Assembly: GCA_043228905.1 (NCBI GenBank)
Contig: JBHGNT010000022.1
Location: forward strand, 11,904,001-11,968,000
DNA from: Azolla caroliniana
Taxonomy: Eukaryota > Plantae > Polypodiophyta
Length of the DNA stretch: 64,000 nt
Direction: 5' to 3'
The position numbers and the translations under genes were made by a program. This document shows, one piece after another, positions 11,216-23,821 of the stretch. The notes below the pieces were generated by a model, which searched no databases, was not told the DNA's origin, and saw nothing but the letters and a program-made list of their open reading frames with translations. The stretch's first letter is position 1; each line of letters opens with the position of its first letter.

Positions 11216-12734
11216 CTCAAGTTGATCGCAAATTTACTAATAGATATGGTGAGAGCTTTTGATGGATACGATTGTGTTGGTGTTGGTGTACGGTTATGGA
11301 GGTAGAGCTTCTTGCTTTGATGGATATGGTTGTTTAGGGATTATATGGAATCAAAGGACTCCATAATTTTTTTTTGTATAGTCTTTAATTCCAATCAGTG
11401 TGCCTTTTTCTTTGGATATTAACCTTTTTTTGTAGAGCCTTCATAAACAATGTGCCAATGAATGTATGTGCAATCAAACCATGTCATCAAGTATTCACGA
11501 GACATCATGCATATTGAAACTCATACATGATGCAAATAATGATTATAGATGTAATGCCATATTCTTGGCTATGGAGTCCTCTTTTCATTATAGATATCCC
11601 ATGTGAAAAGACCAATATCTCATGCTTGTGCCACGGCCCACCGTATTGATGGAGAAGCTACTAATGTCACATGATCAAGCATAAAAAATCGAGAATATAA
11701 TTGGGCAAAACAATAAGATCATCTATGTAGTGAAGATTAGCAATGGGCCCGGTTTCGACTCAAACCGAACTGAACCATTAAACCATGGCTTAACGGTTTA
11801 TTGGTTCAAAGATAAATAAACCGTTTGGTTTGGTTTCCTAGTTATGATCCGGTTCGGTTCGGTTTTGAATTTCATGGTTTGGCGGTTTATTGGCTTATCG
11901 GTTCGGTTTTAAATTTCATGGTTTAGCAGTTTAGCGGTTTCGGTTTAAAGGTTTATAGGTTAAAAATTATTCCTAAATTTTCACCTTTAGGCTCTAACTT
12001 TCAACCATACGTACCATACTTTTGGATTAACTATTTATTATGAATTGATATTTTGTACATAATTCATAATTAGGTCGGCTGATGTAAATAGTAGGTAGTA
12101 CACATTTATTAGGGGATTTGTGCATATCTCTGTCGAAAGGGATAGGGAATAAAGTGATTTGACTACTTAAGGAGGGAGAGAAGGAAGAAAAGGGATCCCG
12201 CGTTGGCGAGGACGAAGTGTTGCTGCAGAACCGAGGGCCGAGCTCTCTCTCCTCTAATCGTCGTTCTCTGTGGATGTCGGGAGTTCGCTGCCTCTGCTTC
12301 GTGGATAGCCCGTGTGCTTCCAGCAGAGGCTCCCCCCCCCCCCCCCCCTCCCCCTTTTTGTTTCTTCGAGTCAAGTGGTTGTTGTCTGTGTGCGTGAGTA
12401 GGACCCCGTGTCATGTCCATTTCCGGTTTGTCGGTTGTAACTGTTCGAGTTGTAAGCTACTAATTATAGTAATCGGATTCCTGTTTCTTGCTCTTATTTT
12501 CTTCTGTGTATCTACAACTCTCTCTCTCACTCTCTCTCATTGGTCCAAGACCCCCGTGGTCCCGCCTCTTCCTACACGCGAACGCGAAACTTCGCGACAA
12601 CGTATTACAATGTATGGTCTAATGGTCAAGAGCTCGACCCATGTAGCATAAGGTCATGGGTTCGAGTCTTGCCATATCATGACACTATCTCCCCTTTAAA
12701 ACGACGAGTGTCATGAGTCGTTTTGGATTGAGGA

Positions 12735-15700
12735 CCTGGTTTGTCTGGTTATTCACGATGGAAGTCTTCAAGAAGAGCACGAGCATTGGTCACATTTTCT
12801 ATTGGTTCCCAAGTACGATCGCTGGGATTATATCCTAGCCAATCGACTAGATAGTAGAGCTTGTTGCGAACAATCTTGGAATCAAGGATGGCGGCAACCT
12901 CGTACTCAGGTCCATCTTCAAGGTCGATTGGGGGTTGAGGCTATGTAATATGTCCTGGGATGGTGTTCTCTTGATAGGGTTCGAGGAGAGAACTATGAAA
13001 CACCGGATGTATCCGAAGTTGCAGAGGTAGATCGAGACGAAAAGCGACATCATTAATCTTTCCTATAATACGAAAAGGACCTAATCGCCGATAATCCAAC
13101 TTCTCGCATGGGCGAGTAGTCTTGATGTGTCGTCGTAGTAGCCATACCCAATCTCCAATGTTAAAACTGGATGGAAGTCGATGACGATTCGCATAAACCT
13201 TGTGTGTTTGTTGAGCTTGTTGGAGATGAGTAGATAAATCAGCTTGTATCTTGCGTAACCGCTCTAAACGATCCTCTGCGCAAGGATTTGTGGACAACTC
13301 TTGGGTTTCAAATACATACCACCGGGGGTGAGAACTTGTATAAGCATAAAATGACGTAACTTTAGTCGATGCGTGGATAGAGTTATTGTAGGCAAATTCG
13401 GCGAAGTGGAGAATAACTTAGAAAGCACTGAAGATACTGCTCCAGTGTTTGATTTGTTCGTTCTAATTGGCCATCCGTTTGTGGGTGGTAGCCAGAGGAG
13501 AGGTTAAACGTGACCTTGAGCATTTTAAAAAGGTGCTTCCAGAATTTCGATACGAACCGGGGTCCACGGTCGCGGATGATACTATCGTTAAGGCCATGAT
13601 GCTGACATACTTCACGCATGACAATTTCAACGGTTTCTTCATTGGATATTTCCTTAGTACATGGCAAGAAATGAACCATCTTCGTATATCTATCTACGAT
13701 TGTTAGAATCGCATTGAACCACTTAGAGACTGGATGATCTGTGATGAAGTCTAGAGCAATGGATTGCCATGGCTTGCTTGGAATTGGTAATGCTTCTAAT
13801 AAACCATATGGATGATGCCTTGGCATTTTCGCTTTGCCGCATGTATCACAAGTCCGAACAAAATCTTCAACAAATTGTCGCATACGGGGCCACCAAAATG
13901 ATCGTTGTACTAAATCTAATGTTTTAGTACTACCAAAATGCCCAGTTGTATGTGTCATGATAGTTTTGGACTACTCGAAGGCGGCAAGAACCATTAGGAA
14001 CGTACAAGAGTTCATTAAAGAATAGTAATCCATCATGGTATTTGAATTGTCGATAGTCCGTACCTGGTGGTTGCGACTGTGAACAAGATGCTCGAGAGGG
14101 ATCAATTTGTCCTAGAATGGCTTGGGTGAAAGCATCGGTCTTCAAGTCCTCATGTATAGTATCGATAACGTGGGAATCCATTGGCATGCCAAAGACCTGT
14201 GTTGCTTGCAGTCGTGTCACTCCCAAGATTATTTGCTTTTGGTTATCAAAAGTTGGCTCGTCGGGACACGGTGCTAGGTATGAACGTCGTGATAATGCAT
14301 CTGCCTTCCCTTGGTGCTTCCCCAAACGATATGTAATTTTGAAGTCGAAACGCGTGAGGAAGTGGGCCCACCAAGCTTGACATCGATTTAACACACGAGC
14401 GTCCTGAAAGTAGGCAAGGTTTTTATGGTCACTGAATACGGTGACTTGATGAGAGGATCCCTCTAGAAAATGCCTCCATTGCGTAAAAGATTCCACTATT
14501 GCCAATAGCTCCTTATCATGAATTTCATAGTTGATTTCGGCGGCGTCAAACTTGCGTGAGTGAAAAGCCACAGGATGTAGCTTCTTATCATTACCTCATT
14601 GTGACAGAATGCTCCCCAATGCGAAATCCGATGTGTTTGCTTCGATAATGAATGGTTTTTCCAGATCGACATGAGCAAGAATTGGAGCCAATGTAAATGC
14701 CTTTTTAAGACTCTCGAAAGCCATGTCCGCTTCTTTAGACCAAACGAACAATTGTCCCTTCCTGGTAAGCTATGTGAGAGCCAGAACAAGCTTTGAGTAA
14801 TCTTGTATGAACTTTCGGTAAAAATTGGCAAAGCCTAAAAAGCATTGCACATCTCGCACCTAACCCGGAGTCTACCACTCTACCAAAGTTTTGACCTTAG
14901 CTGGGTCCATGGAGATACCTTCCGAGGAAATGACATAACCCAGAAATTCCACCTGGTTGCACCCAAAACTACATTTTTCTAGCTTTGCATAAAGACCATG
15001 TTCTCGAAGTCGTTTTAGTACTAACAGTACATGAGAATCCTGCTCTTCTTGGGTCTTCGAATAAACCAGTAGATCATCCAAATAGATGATCAAACAAACA
15101 TCCAAGAGATCTCAGAATATATCATTTGCCATGTGCGGGAAGACTGTTGGCGCATTAGTGAGGCCGAACGGCATGACTATATGCTCGAAGTGCCCATATC
15201 TGGTGCGAAACGCGGTCTTCCATTTATCTCCTGGTCGGATCCGTACGAGGTTATAGGCTCCCCGTAAGTCGATCTTCGTGAAGAACCTGGCACCATTGAT
15301 CCGTTCTAAAAGACTTGAGATAAGGGGAAGTGCATACCTATTTTTGATTGTCACCTTATTCAAGCCATGGTAATCTACAACGAGACGAAGTGATCCATCC
15401 TTTTTCTTGATGAAGAAAATGGGTGCGCCGGCTGGAGATTTCGAATGCTGAATGAAACCATTTTCCAAATTCTCCTCTATATAGGCTCGCAGGAATTCTA
15501 GCTCGGTTGGTGACAAATTGTAGATCGGTCCCCATGGTGGCTCTTTCCCTGGTTGTAAATCGATGGGGCAATCATACGGTCGATGGTAAGGAAGCGTATT
15601 GGCTTGTACTTTATCGAACACATCAGCATAATGATGATACTTCTTTGGAAGTTAAATGGTGGACTCCTCTTTAATAGTGTCTGAGGGCTTTACTGATATT

Positions 15701-16260
15701 GCGAAGAGAAACATTTCTTCCTTGTGTCCTTCTTCCCACAACTGATGTAGCGAAATGGTTGCAATCTCATGAGTAGACCCTCGGGCTTTTCAATACCGTA
15801 TTTCTCTTGTTCTCCAATCTATGTCTGGGTTATGTAATTCGAACCATGGTAATCCTAAAACAATGGGGTGTTCTGGGATGCTAATTATATAAAATGATAC
15901 TACACATGCTAGATTATCTAGGACAATATTAACGGGCTCTAGCTCTTCTATGATATTTCCGGAAGCAATGGGATGACCATCAATGAATACTACAGAGGCT
16001 GGACACAGGAGTTTTCTGAGTGATATTTGATGAGCTTGGGCAAAGTTCCTATCCATGAAGCAAGAATTAGCTCTGAAATATAGAAGTGCTAAGACATGTA
16101 CTGGAGGGGTACTTTTAGTACTAACTGTTACTTGGGCTACGAACACATTGCTAACTTGCTTAGAGGGAATGGAACCACTAATGGGTTGCACAGATCTAGG
16201 GTTTTCCAACCAAACAGCTCCTATTTTGGCTGGACTTAGTCGTTTAACTCTTCTTCTAAC
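12735..16260 (-). pseudogene. Gypsy pol pseudogene (protease, RT, RNase H, integrase, chromodomain) with stops and frameshifts
   Basis: [84 protein letters not shown] chromodomain EYEVAAILDSKIVRNKLYYLVDWLGYNPSDRTWEPIENV reads at about 12780-12910. Confidence 0.9.
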
Positions 16261-17328
16261 CGACTTGTAAACAATTACTTGCGGAAGCGTTAGAAAACAG
16301 AGAAAGCAGGGAATACACAGAGTACACGGGAGAGACAGAGAGAGTAGAACCTCAAAGCTATATTCAAAAATATATAAAAACACTTTGTACATACAACTAT
16401 GCTCAGTAGCATTATTTATACAAGTCCTCATGGGACTGACAGAAGTACCGTGTACTTCAATGCTCACACGAGCATCTGACACTTACTACGAGACTATAAT
16501 TGCCTAGTAGTCTATACTAGTACTAGGCTTCCGGTTACTAATTGGATCCGGCAAACCGGCTCCCCCGCTCACCGACGACTTTGTTGCTTGCCGGCTCGGT
16601 TGCTCACAGCTTACCGATCCGTCTCGCTTGCCGGCTCAAGCTTATTCAGCCGATCCGGCTCTAGTTGAGCTTGCCGCTCAACACTCCCCCTCAAGCTCAA
16701 CTTGAGGTTGGATCCTGGTGTCGGTCTCTGTGGCAGCCAATTCTTCCAACCGACTTCTCCTGGCATCACTCCGCCTTGCTCGCGCTCCTCGTCTGGTCTA
16801 TTTCTGTTTGCCGCGACCCCTCTTGTTCTGCGCGCCTCGACCTTCTCGGTCGGTATGTCTGCTCAATAGGCCCCTCTCAGCTCCTTCGCTGCTATGACTC
16901 CGGCGCTTGCCGATCCGTCAGTTCCTCCGTGATGGCATTAACATCCGTTGCATCCGTGTCTGCTTGGCCTTGAATTGATCCGGTTCTTCCGAATCTTTCT
17001 TTTGAACCGAATCGAATGTCTCCGATGCGTTCCAGCTCTTGTCCGAATCGGTTGCTCCCGATTCGTCTTCTGGTTCCAAGCCCTTCACCACATCGGACCA
17101 TTTCCGGGTCTTGGCCTTCTTCCTTCGGTCGGCTCTGTCCTTCTTGACTCTACCGCCCCCTGTTCTTCCCTCACCAACGCAATCGGCAGTCTCTTTGCCT
17201 TTGCCCGTTTTGGTGTCTTTTCCCGTTCTCCCTCTCAAGTGTGGCACGTCGAGATGCTAAACACCAAGCATTTTGGTGAAGTGTTGCAACTTGTCCGATC
17301 CGAGTGGTTTGGTGAAGATGTCGGCAAC

Positions 17329-20300
17329 TGACGGGAACTAAAACGCTCCTTTTACACGACGCTCGGCCACAACCGAGCTTAGAATCATACACAGAAAACG
17401 GGAAATAATGAACGACACGAAGAAGAGACGAGTACGCAGGATGTTTACGTGGAAAACCCAAACTAAGGGGAAAAACCACGGCAGCCCACAGGCTGCAAAC
17501 TATCACTATGTTAAAATGTACAACAATGAGTTCACGGAGGCAACGACCTCGTGCTCATGATCCTCGCCACAGGCGGCGGTTACAACAGAGGCAACGACCT
17601 CTTTCTCTCTGTTACTCTGTACACAATTCGCTCTCTCTCTCCTTGCACCAACAAGAATGACAACCACTCTATCTAAAAGTTTGCCCTAAGTCATATTTAT
17701 ACTAATATGAGTTTTTGGCTATTTACAAATATAGCCACGATGGACTCTCAGAAACATATTTACAAATATGTCTCTTCATCCGGTTCTCACTGGGTCTGCA
17801 CCATCCGGCTCTCCGTAGCCGGGTACTCCTCATCCGGTTCTCACCGGGTATGCACCATCCGGCTCTCCGTAGCCGGGTACTCCTCATCCGGTTCTCACCG
17901 GGTCTGCACCATCCGGCTCTCCGTAGCCGGGTACTCCTCATCCGGTTCTCACCGGGTCTGCATCATCCAACTCTCCGTAGCCGGGTACTCCTCATCCGGT
18001 TCTCACCGGGTCTGCACCATCCGGCTCTCCGTAGTCGGGTACTCCTCATCCGGTTTCGGCCTCGGCTTATCGGCCTAGGCCGAGTTTGTTCATCAGCATT
18101 GTCCTTCTCCCTTCCCATCCGGAGGGACCTATCTCCCAACAAACTCCCCCTTCACTCCGGCATCGGGTGTCTTACTAGTCCGATCCTCTTCCGGCATGCA
18201 TCCAGCTTGTCGGGTATCAGCACTTTGGTTAGCATATCTGACCCGTTCTCGGCCGTGTGGATCTTCGTGAGTGCGAACTCCTGGTCATCTACTCTTTCCC
18301 GGATCCAGTGATATCTTCGCTGGATATGCTTCGTCCGGGAATGGTAGGCCGCATTCTTAGCAATATGGATGGCACTTTGACTGTCACAATAGAGTCGGTA
18401 TTCATCTTGCCGGATATCGAGCTCTCCGATGAAGTCCTTCATCCATAATATTTCCTTGCCGGCTTCCACAGCCGCCATGTACTCCGCCTCCGTGGTTGAC
18501 AATGCAACCGTCTTCTACAGCCTCGACTGCCACGAGACAGCTCCCCTTGCATTTGTCATTACATATCCGGATGTAGACCGGTTGGTATCCACATCAGCCG
18601 ACATGTCCGAATCGGTGAAACCGTCAAGTTGAGGTTTTCCGGAGCCAAATCGGAGACACATATTTGAAGTGCCCTTCAAATACCGGAGTATCCATTTGAC
18701 CGGCTCATAAACCGGCTCACCACTCCGACTGCGTATCCTATATCCGGTCGGGTACACACCATTGCGTACATCAAGCTCCAGACGGCAGAGGCATATGGAA
18801 TCTTCATCATATCTGCCTTCTCTGCTTTCGTCTTAGGGCTTTGCTTAACGGATAGCCTGCAGTTTGCCGGAAGTGTCGATCCAACCGGTTTCGCATCTGA
18901 CATGTTGAACCGTTGAAGCACCTTTGTCATGTACTTCTCCTGTGACAGCCATAATTGCTTCATTGACCGGTTCCGAATAATATGCATCCCCATCATCTGT
19001 CTTGCCGGACCCAAGTCTTTCATTGAGAAGGTCCGGTTGAGAGCCTTCTTCAGCATCCGTATTTTGGCTTGGTCCCGTCCGACGATCAACATGTCGTCCA
19101 CGTACAGAAGGAGTATCAGGAAGTCGCCTCCTTCAAACTTCTTCACAAACACGCAGTGATCGGCCTGCGTCTTGTGGTACCCTTGATCGGCCATGAAGGA
19201 ATCGTACTTCCGGTACCATTGACGGGGAGCCTGCTTTAGTCCGTACAGGCTCTTCTTTAGCCGGCATACCAGGTGCTCCTTCCCTTTCTCCACAAATCCC
19301 TCTGGTTGTTGCATGCAGATCTCCTCTTCGAGGTCGCCGTGAAGGAATGTTGTCTTCACGTCGAACTGTTCTACCTCGAGGTCCATGCTTGCCGCCATAC
19401 TTAGCACCATCCGGATAGAGGTCATCTTTACTACCGGGGCAAATATCTCGTCGAAGTCCACGCCCTTCTTCTGTTGGAACCCCTTCACCACGATCCTGGC
19501 TTTGTATCTCGGGGGGTTGCCAGCATCTCCCGGTTTCAACTTGTACACCCACTTGTTTCGGAGTGCCCGCTTTCCTTTCGGCAACTCCACCAATTCATAC
19601 GTATGGTTCTGATGCAGGGAATCCATCTCATCCTGCATGGCACTTAACCATTTGCGTTTGTGGGTGTCTTCCTTCGCTTCTTCGAAGCTTTCCGGCTCCC
19701 CCTCACCGGTCAGCAGGACATGCTCTGCATCTGGAAATTTCCGGGGGGCCCTTCTCTCTCTGAGAGGATATCTCCGTCTTCGGGCTTCAGTAACCGGCTC
19801 CTCCATTTGCTCTTCATCCGAATCCGATTCAGGGTCTTGGCCGGTTCCGGTTTCAGGTTCCTCTACTTCTTCTTCAGCCTGTTCGGTATCCTCACCGTAA
19901 CCGGCTGGTCCCTCGAGTGCTAACCGGTCTCTTGCCGGTTGGGTCTGCTCATCGTAGAGTCGATCCTTACCGGTCGACTCAGAGTTCATTATCTTCTTCT
20001 CCGACTCCCAGTCGGCGAGCGTGTTGTCCTCCATGAAGATAATATCTCGACTCCGAAATACCTTCTTGTCGACCAGGTCCCACACTCGGTAACCGAACTC
20101 ATCGTCACCGTAACCGAGGAATATGCATGGCCGGGTCTTTGGATCTAACTTTCCTCTCCGGTCCTTAGCTACATGCACGTACGCGAGACACCCGAACACC
20201 TTCAAATGCCGGTAGGATACTTCCTTACCAGTCCATACTCTCTCTGGCGTGTCTCCGTCCAAGGGTACTGAGGGTGATCTATTTATCACGTAGGTCGTCG

Positions 20301-21520
20301 TCGACAGTGCCTCAGCCCAAAACTTCTTGGGTAGTTTTGCATGCGCTAGCATACTCCGAACCCTCTCCATTATGGTCTGGTTCATCCTCTCGGCCAATCC
20401 GTTTAGTTTCGGCGTCTTCGGCACGGTAAATTTGAGCCGGATTCCCTTAGAGCGGCAGTACTCCTCGAACTGCCCCTGGTATTCTCCTCCATTATCTGCT
20501 CGAACCGCCTTCAGCTTCCGGCCGGTTTCTCTTTCCACTCTCGCATGGAGCTCTTTGAAGACGGATAGCACCTGATCCTTCGTCTTCAACGGTGTGGCCC
20601 ACAGCTTCCGGTTATGGTCATCTATGAATGTCACGAAGTACTGCGCTCTGGCATGTGACTTCGTGTCTACTTGACACACATCCGTATGCACCAACTCCAG
20701 TGGTGCATTACGTCTCATCGGTGGCCATGGTCGGAAGGAGGTCCGGTTTTGCTTACCGGCCAGACAATCAGTGCACTTCTCCAAGTGCACGTTCTTCACT
20801 GGAATGAGGTTGTCATCTGCAAGCCTCTTCATCCCCTTCTCGCTCATATGACACAACCTCTTGTGCCACAGCTCACCGGTAGTGTCGGATGCCACGTTCA
20901 CTTCTTCCGGACATAACCGGGCATTCATCAGGTATAGTGTGTTGACCTTCCGGGCCCGAGCCACAATTAGGCTCCCTTTGCTAAACTTCATGACACCGTT
21001 CTGGATGCTACCCATGTAGCCTTCATCATCTAGCCGACCGGCTGATATCAAGTTCAGACGAACCTCCGGAACGTGTCAGATATCCTTCAGCAGCAACTTG
21101 CATCCGGTTGGTGTTGTCAGCCACATGTCTCCTATGCCGACAATTCGGCATGTACCTTCATTCCCCATCAGACACAGTCATGATCACCGACTGAGTAGGA
21201 TGAGAAGCATTTCCGGTCCGGGGTAAGGTGGAACGACGCTCCAGAGTCTACCACCCAGGTCATATCGTCGCCGGCAAGGTTTATCTCGCTCTCCTCGGTG
21301 ATGAGCATCAACTCTTCTTCACTTGCCGCGATTGCCGTCGTTCCCTTCTGGTCCGGCCCCCTCCGGTCTTTACCGTTCCGGTCCGGGGTTCGCTTCGAAT
21401 CGGTACCATCAGTTTCCTTGTCTTTTCGGAAATGACGACAGTTCTTTTGGAAGTGTCCTGGCTTGCCGCAATAGAAGCAAGTAGGCCTCCCCCTTGACTT
21501 TGACCGTGTCCCCGACTTCT
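17329..21520 (-). mobile_element. Copia C, copy 1 (3' LTR plus degenerate pol; 5' part deleted)
   Basis: LTR 17329-18141 preceded by GCAAC. INT-RT ORF 18676-21051 (VHTDVC, ADNGGEY, LYVDDMLI), RNase H fragments 18152-18757, protease VVDSGAS. Fused directly to Copia B integrase sequence at about 21520. Confidence 0.9.
17770..18056. repeat. 54-bp tandem repeat inside the Copia C LTR (about 5 units)
   Basis: Unit ctcctcatccggttctcaccgggtctgcaccatccggctctccgtagccgggta. About 4 units in the LTRs at 48405-48636 and 52808-53039. Confidence 0.9.
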
Positions 21521-23821
21521 GACCACAAGCATTTGATCTTCCTTTTCGATTCCCATTCCACCATGCTTTGGAGACTCCGGAAACACTCGAAGACTTCACT
21601 CTTCCGCTCAATGAGGTAGATCCATGTGTGCCGCGTATAGTCGTCGATGAAGGAGTCGAAATATCGACTCCCGCCAAGACTAACATTCTATGTCGGTCCC
21701 CACACATCCGAATGGATAAGGTCGAGCTTGTTACGGCTCCGGTTATGTTCGGTGGGGAATGGAAGCCGGTGTTGCTTCCCGAGTTGGCAGGCTTCACATG
21801 CTTGGGCCTTCCAGCCGCTAAATTTCAGCAAACCGAAAACAACTTGTTTCGTTTGCAGGTCTTGAAGCCTCCGGTAATTGATGTGGCCTATCCGCTTGTG
21901 CCATAGGTCGATGTCCGATTCGACCTTCTGTCCTTTTGCAAACAGAGCGGTTCCGACGTCATTGGTGTCGAGGATAAACATCCTCCCATCTCTATGCCCT
22001 TGCGCAATAATCTGGCCCTCTTCCTCAATGAAGCACCTGAGGTGCATAAACCACACCTGCATCCCTTGGTCGACGATTTGGCCGACCGACACCAGGTTCT
22101 TCATGATCGTCGAAACATGTAACACGTTCATCAGCTTCCCCTTCTGTCCGACGTGGCTCAAAGGGACTTCTCTGACGTGCACAATTGGGTGAGGATTGTC
22201 GTCTCCGGTTTCAACTACTCCTGGTTGATCCGGTTTCTCCAAAAAGGAGAACCACTCTTTGTGGTTCGTCATGTGGTTCGACGCACCGGAATCAACATAC
22301 CACACTTCCTCCGATTTGGAAGTGGTCTTCTTCATCGAGTTCACCTCGTCATTCATCACCAACACTCGCCCAATACCGTTCTTGGATCCTCCCGATCCCT
22401 TCGTGTAGTGCGAGCTTTGCCGACCATCCTTGCCGGCCTTGCCGGATCCGGATTTGTCCGAATCGGCGCGTTTTCTCCAGCACTCGCTTTCTCTGTGGCC
22501 ATTTTGGCCACAGTACCACCATTCCGTTGCAGATTTGTCTTGCCAGCCTCCGGCACCGCCTTGACTCCCCCTGCCTGTGGAAGTCCCAGAACTGTTGTCG
22601 GCACGTTCTCTGTGCCTTCGTTCTTGCTCTTGCCAGCCGCCTCCATTGCGTGCCGACCCACCTCGTCCACCACGCCCACGGGACCGATCAGCTTATGTGT
22701 ACAGCATCCGGCTGTCAATGGTTGCGCTAGTTGACGCACTGACATGGTTCTCCTCTACAAGGACCATTAATTGTAAGTCGAAAAATGACGGCGTATTCTC
22801 CCTTGTACATACTGTCGTTCGGAACGCCTTGAACTTAGACAGCAGGCCCCCAAGACAGACCTGTACCATCTCGTCTTCCTCTACGGTAACGTTGATAGAG
22901 GCAAACGAGTCACAGATCTCTTTGATTCGGGTCGCGTAATCCGCCACCGACATGTCCTTCTATCGGACATTGCTCAACTCCTGTCGGAGTTGCAGCTTTC
23001 GAGTTGTAGTGCTCATGGCGAAAACCTTCTTCAGGTTCCCCCAAGCCTCCTTCAGCGTCTTGGCGTCTCGGATGTGGCTCAACAGCTGGTCTCTGACACT
23101 AGACGCGAAGTAGTACATCACTCTGCTTGTCGATTGTTCCCACACTAGGAAGTCCTTATGTGCCGCATCAGGTGTTGTTTCGTTGGCTCCTTCGACGAAA
23201 CTCCAGTAGCCATGCCCAAGCAGGTACTAGTGCATCTTATACGACCAAGATGCATAGTTGGATCTGTCGAGTTTCTCCACAGGGAGCGAGCTAGCAATCC
23301 CTCTATCCATCACTTCTCTGTCTGTTGTTTTACGACATGTTAGGGTTTGCTTTCAAGCATTTGTTGGTTGCAGAGGAGGTTCTCAACCCTCGTGCTCTAA
23401 TACCATGTAAACAATTACTTGCGGAAGCGTTAGAAAACAAAGAAAGCAGGGAATACACAGAGTACACGGGAGAGACAGAGAGAGCAGAACCTCAAAGCTA
23501 TGTTCAAAAATATATAAAAACACTCTGTACATACAACTATGCTCAGTAGCATTATTTATACAAGTCCTCATGGGACTGACAGAAGTATCGCGTACTTCAT
23601 TTGCTCACATGAGCATCTGACACTTACTACGAGACTATAATTGCCTAGTAGTCTACACTAGTACTAGGCTTCTAGTTACTGATTGGATCCGGCAAACTGG
23701 CTCCCCAACTCACCGGCTTTGTTGCTTGCCGGCTCGGTTGCTCATAGCTTACCAATTCGTCTCACTTGCCGGCTCAGGCTTATTCAGCCGATCCGGCTCC
23801 AATTCAGCTTGCTGCTCAACA

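Larger units (their letters stand above)
16266..23821 (-). mobile_element. Copia B (nested in the Gypsy between gag and protease), internally deleted and interrupted by Copia C
   Basis: LTRs 16266-16683 and 23406-23821 (TG...CA), TSD CGACT/TGACT, PBS TGGTATTAGAGC, PPT at 16684-16695. Gag, protease and GAG-pre-integrase remnants at about 21520-23290; RNase H end (ADIFTKPL) at about 17250-17328. Confidence 0.9.

Noticed and set aside
12610-12680. Functional tRNA gene (also 45331-45385 and 45657-45710)
   Set aside because: Acceptor and anticodon stems do not pair convincingly and the segments lie inside LTRs. Reported only as tRNA-like A/B-box modules.
17707-18311. Repeat-protein ORFs (SSSGSHRVCTIRLSVAGY)n, also at 48341 and 52743
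   Set aside because: They arise from the 54-bp LTR tandem repeat, which is open in several frames; no evidence of coding.
21168-21797. 209-aa ORF as a novel zinc-knuckle/protease gene
   Set aside because: Chimeric product of the deletion junction between Copia B (off-frame) and Copia C gag/protease.
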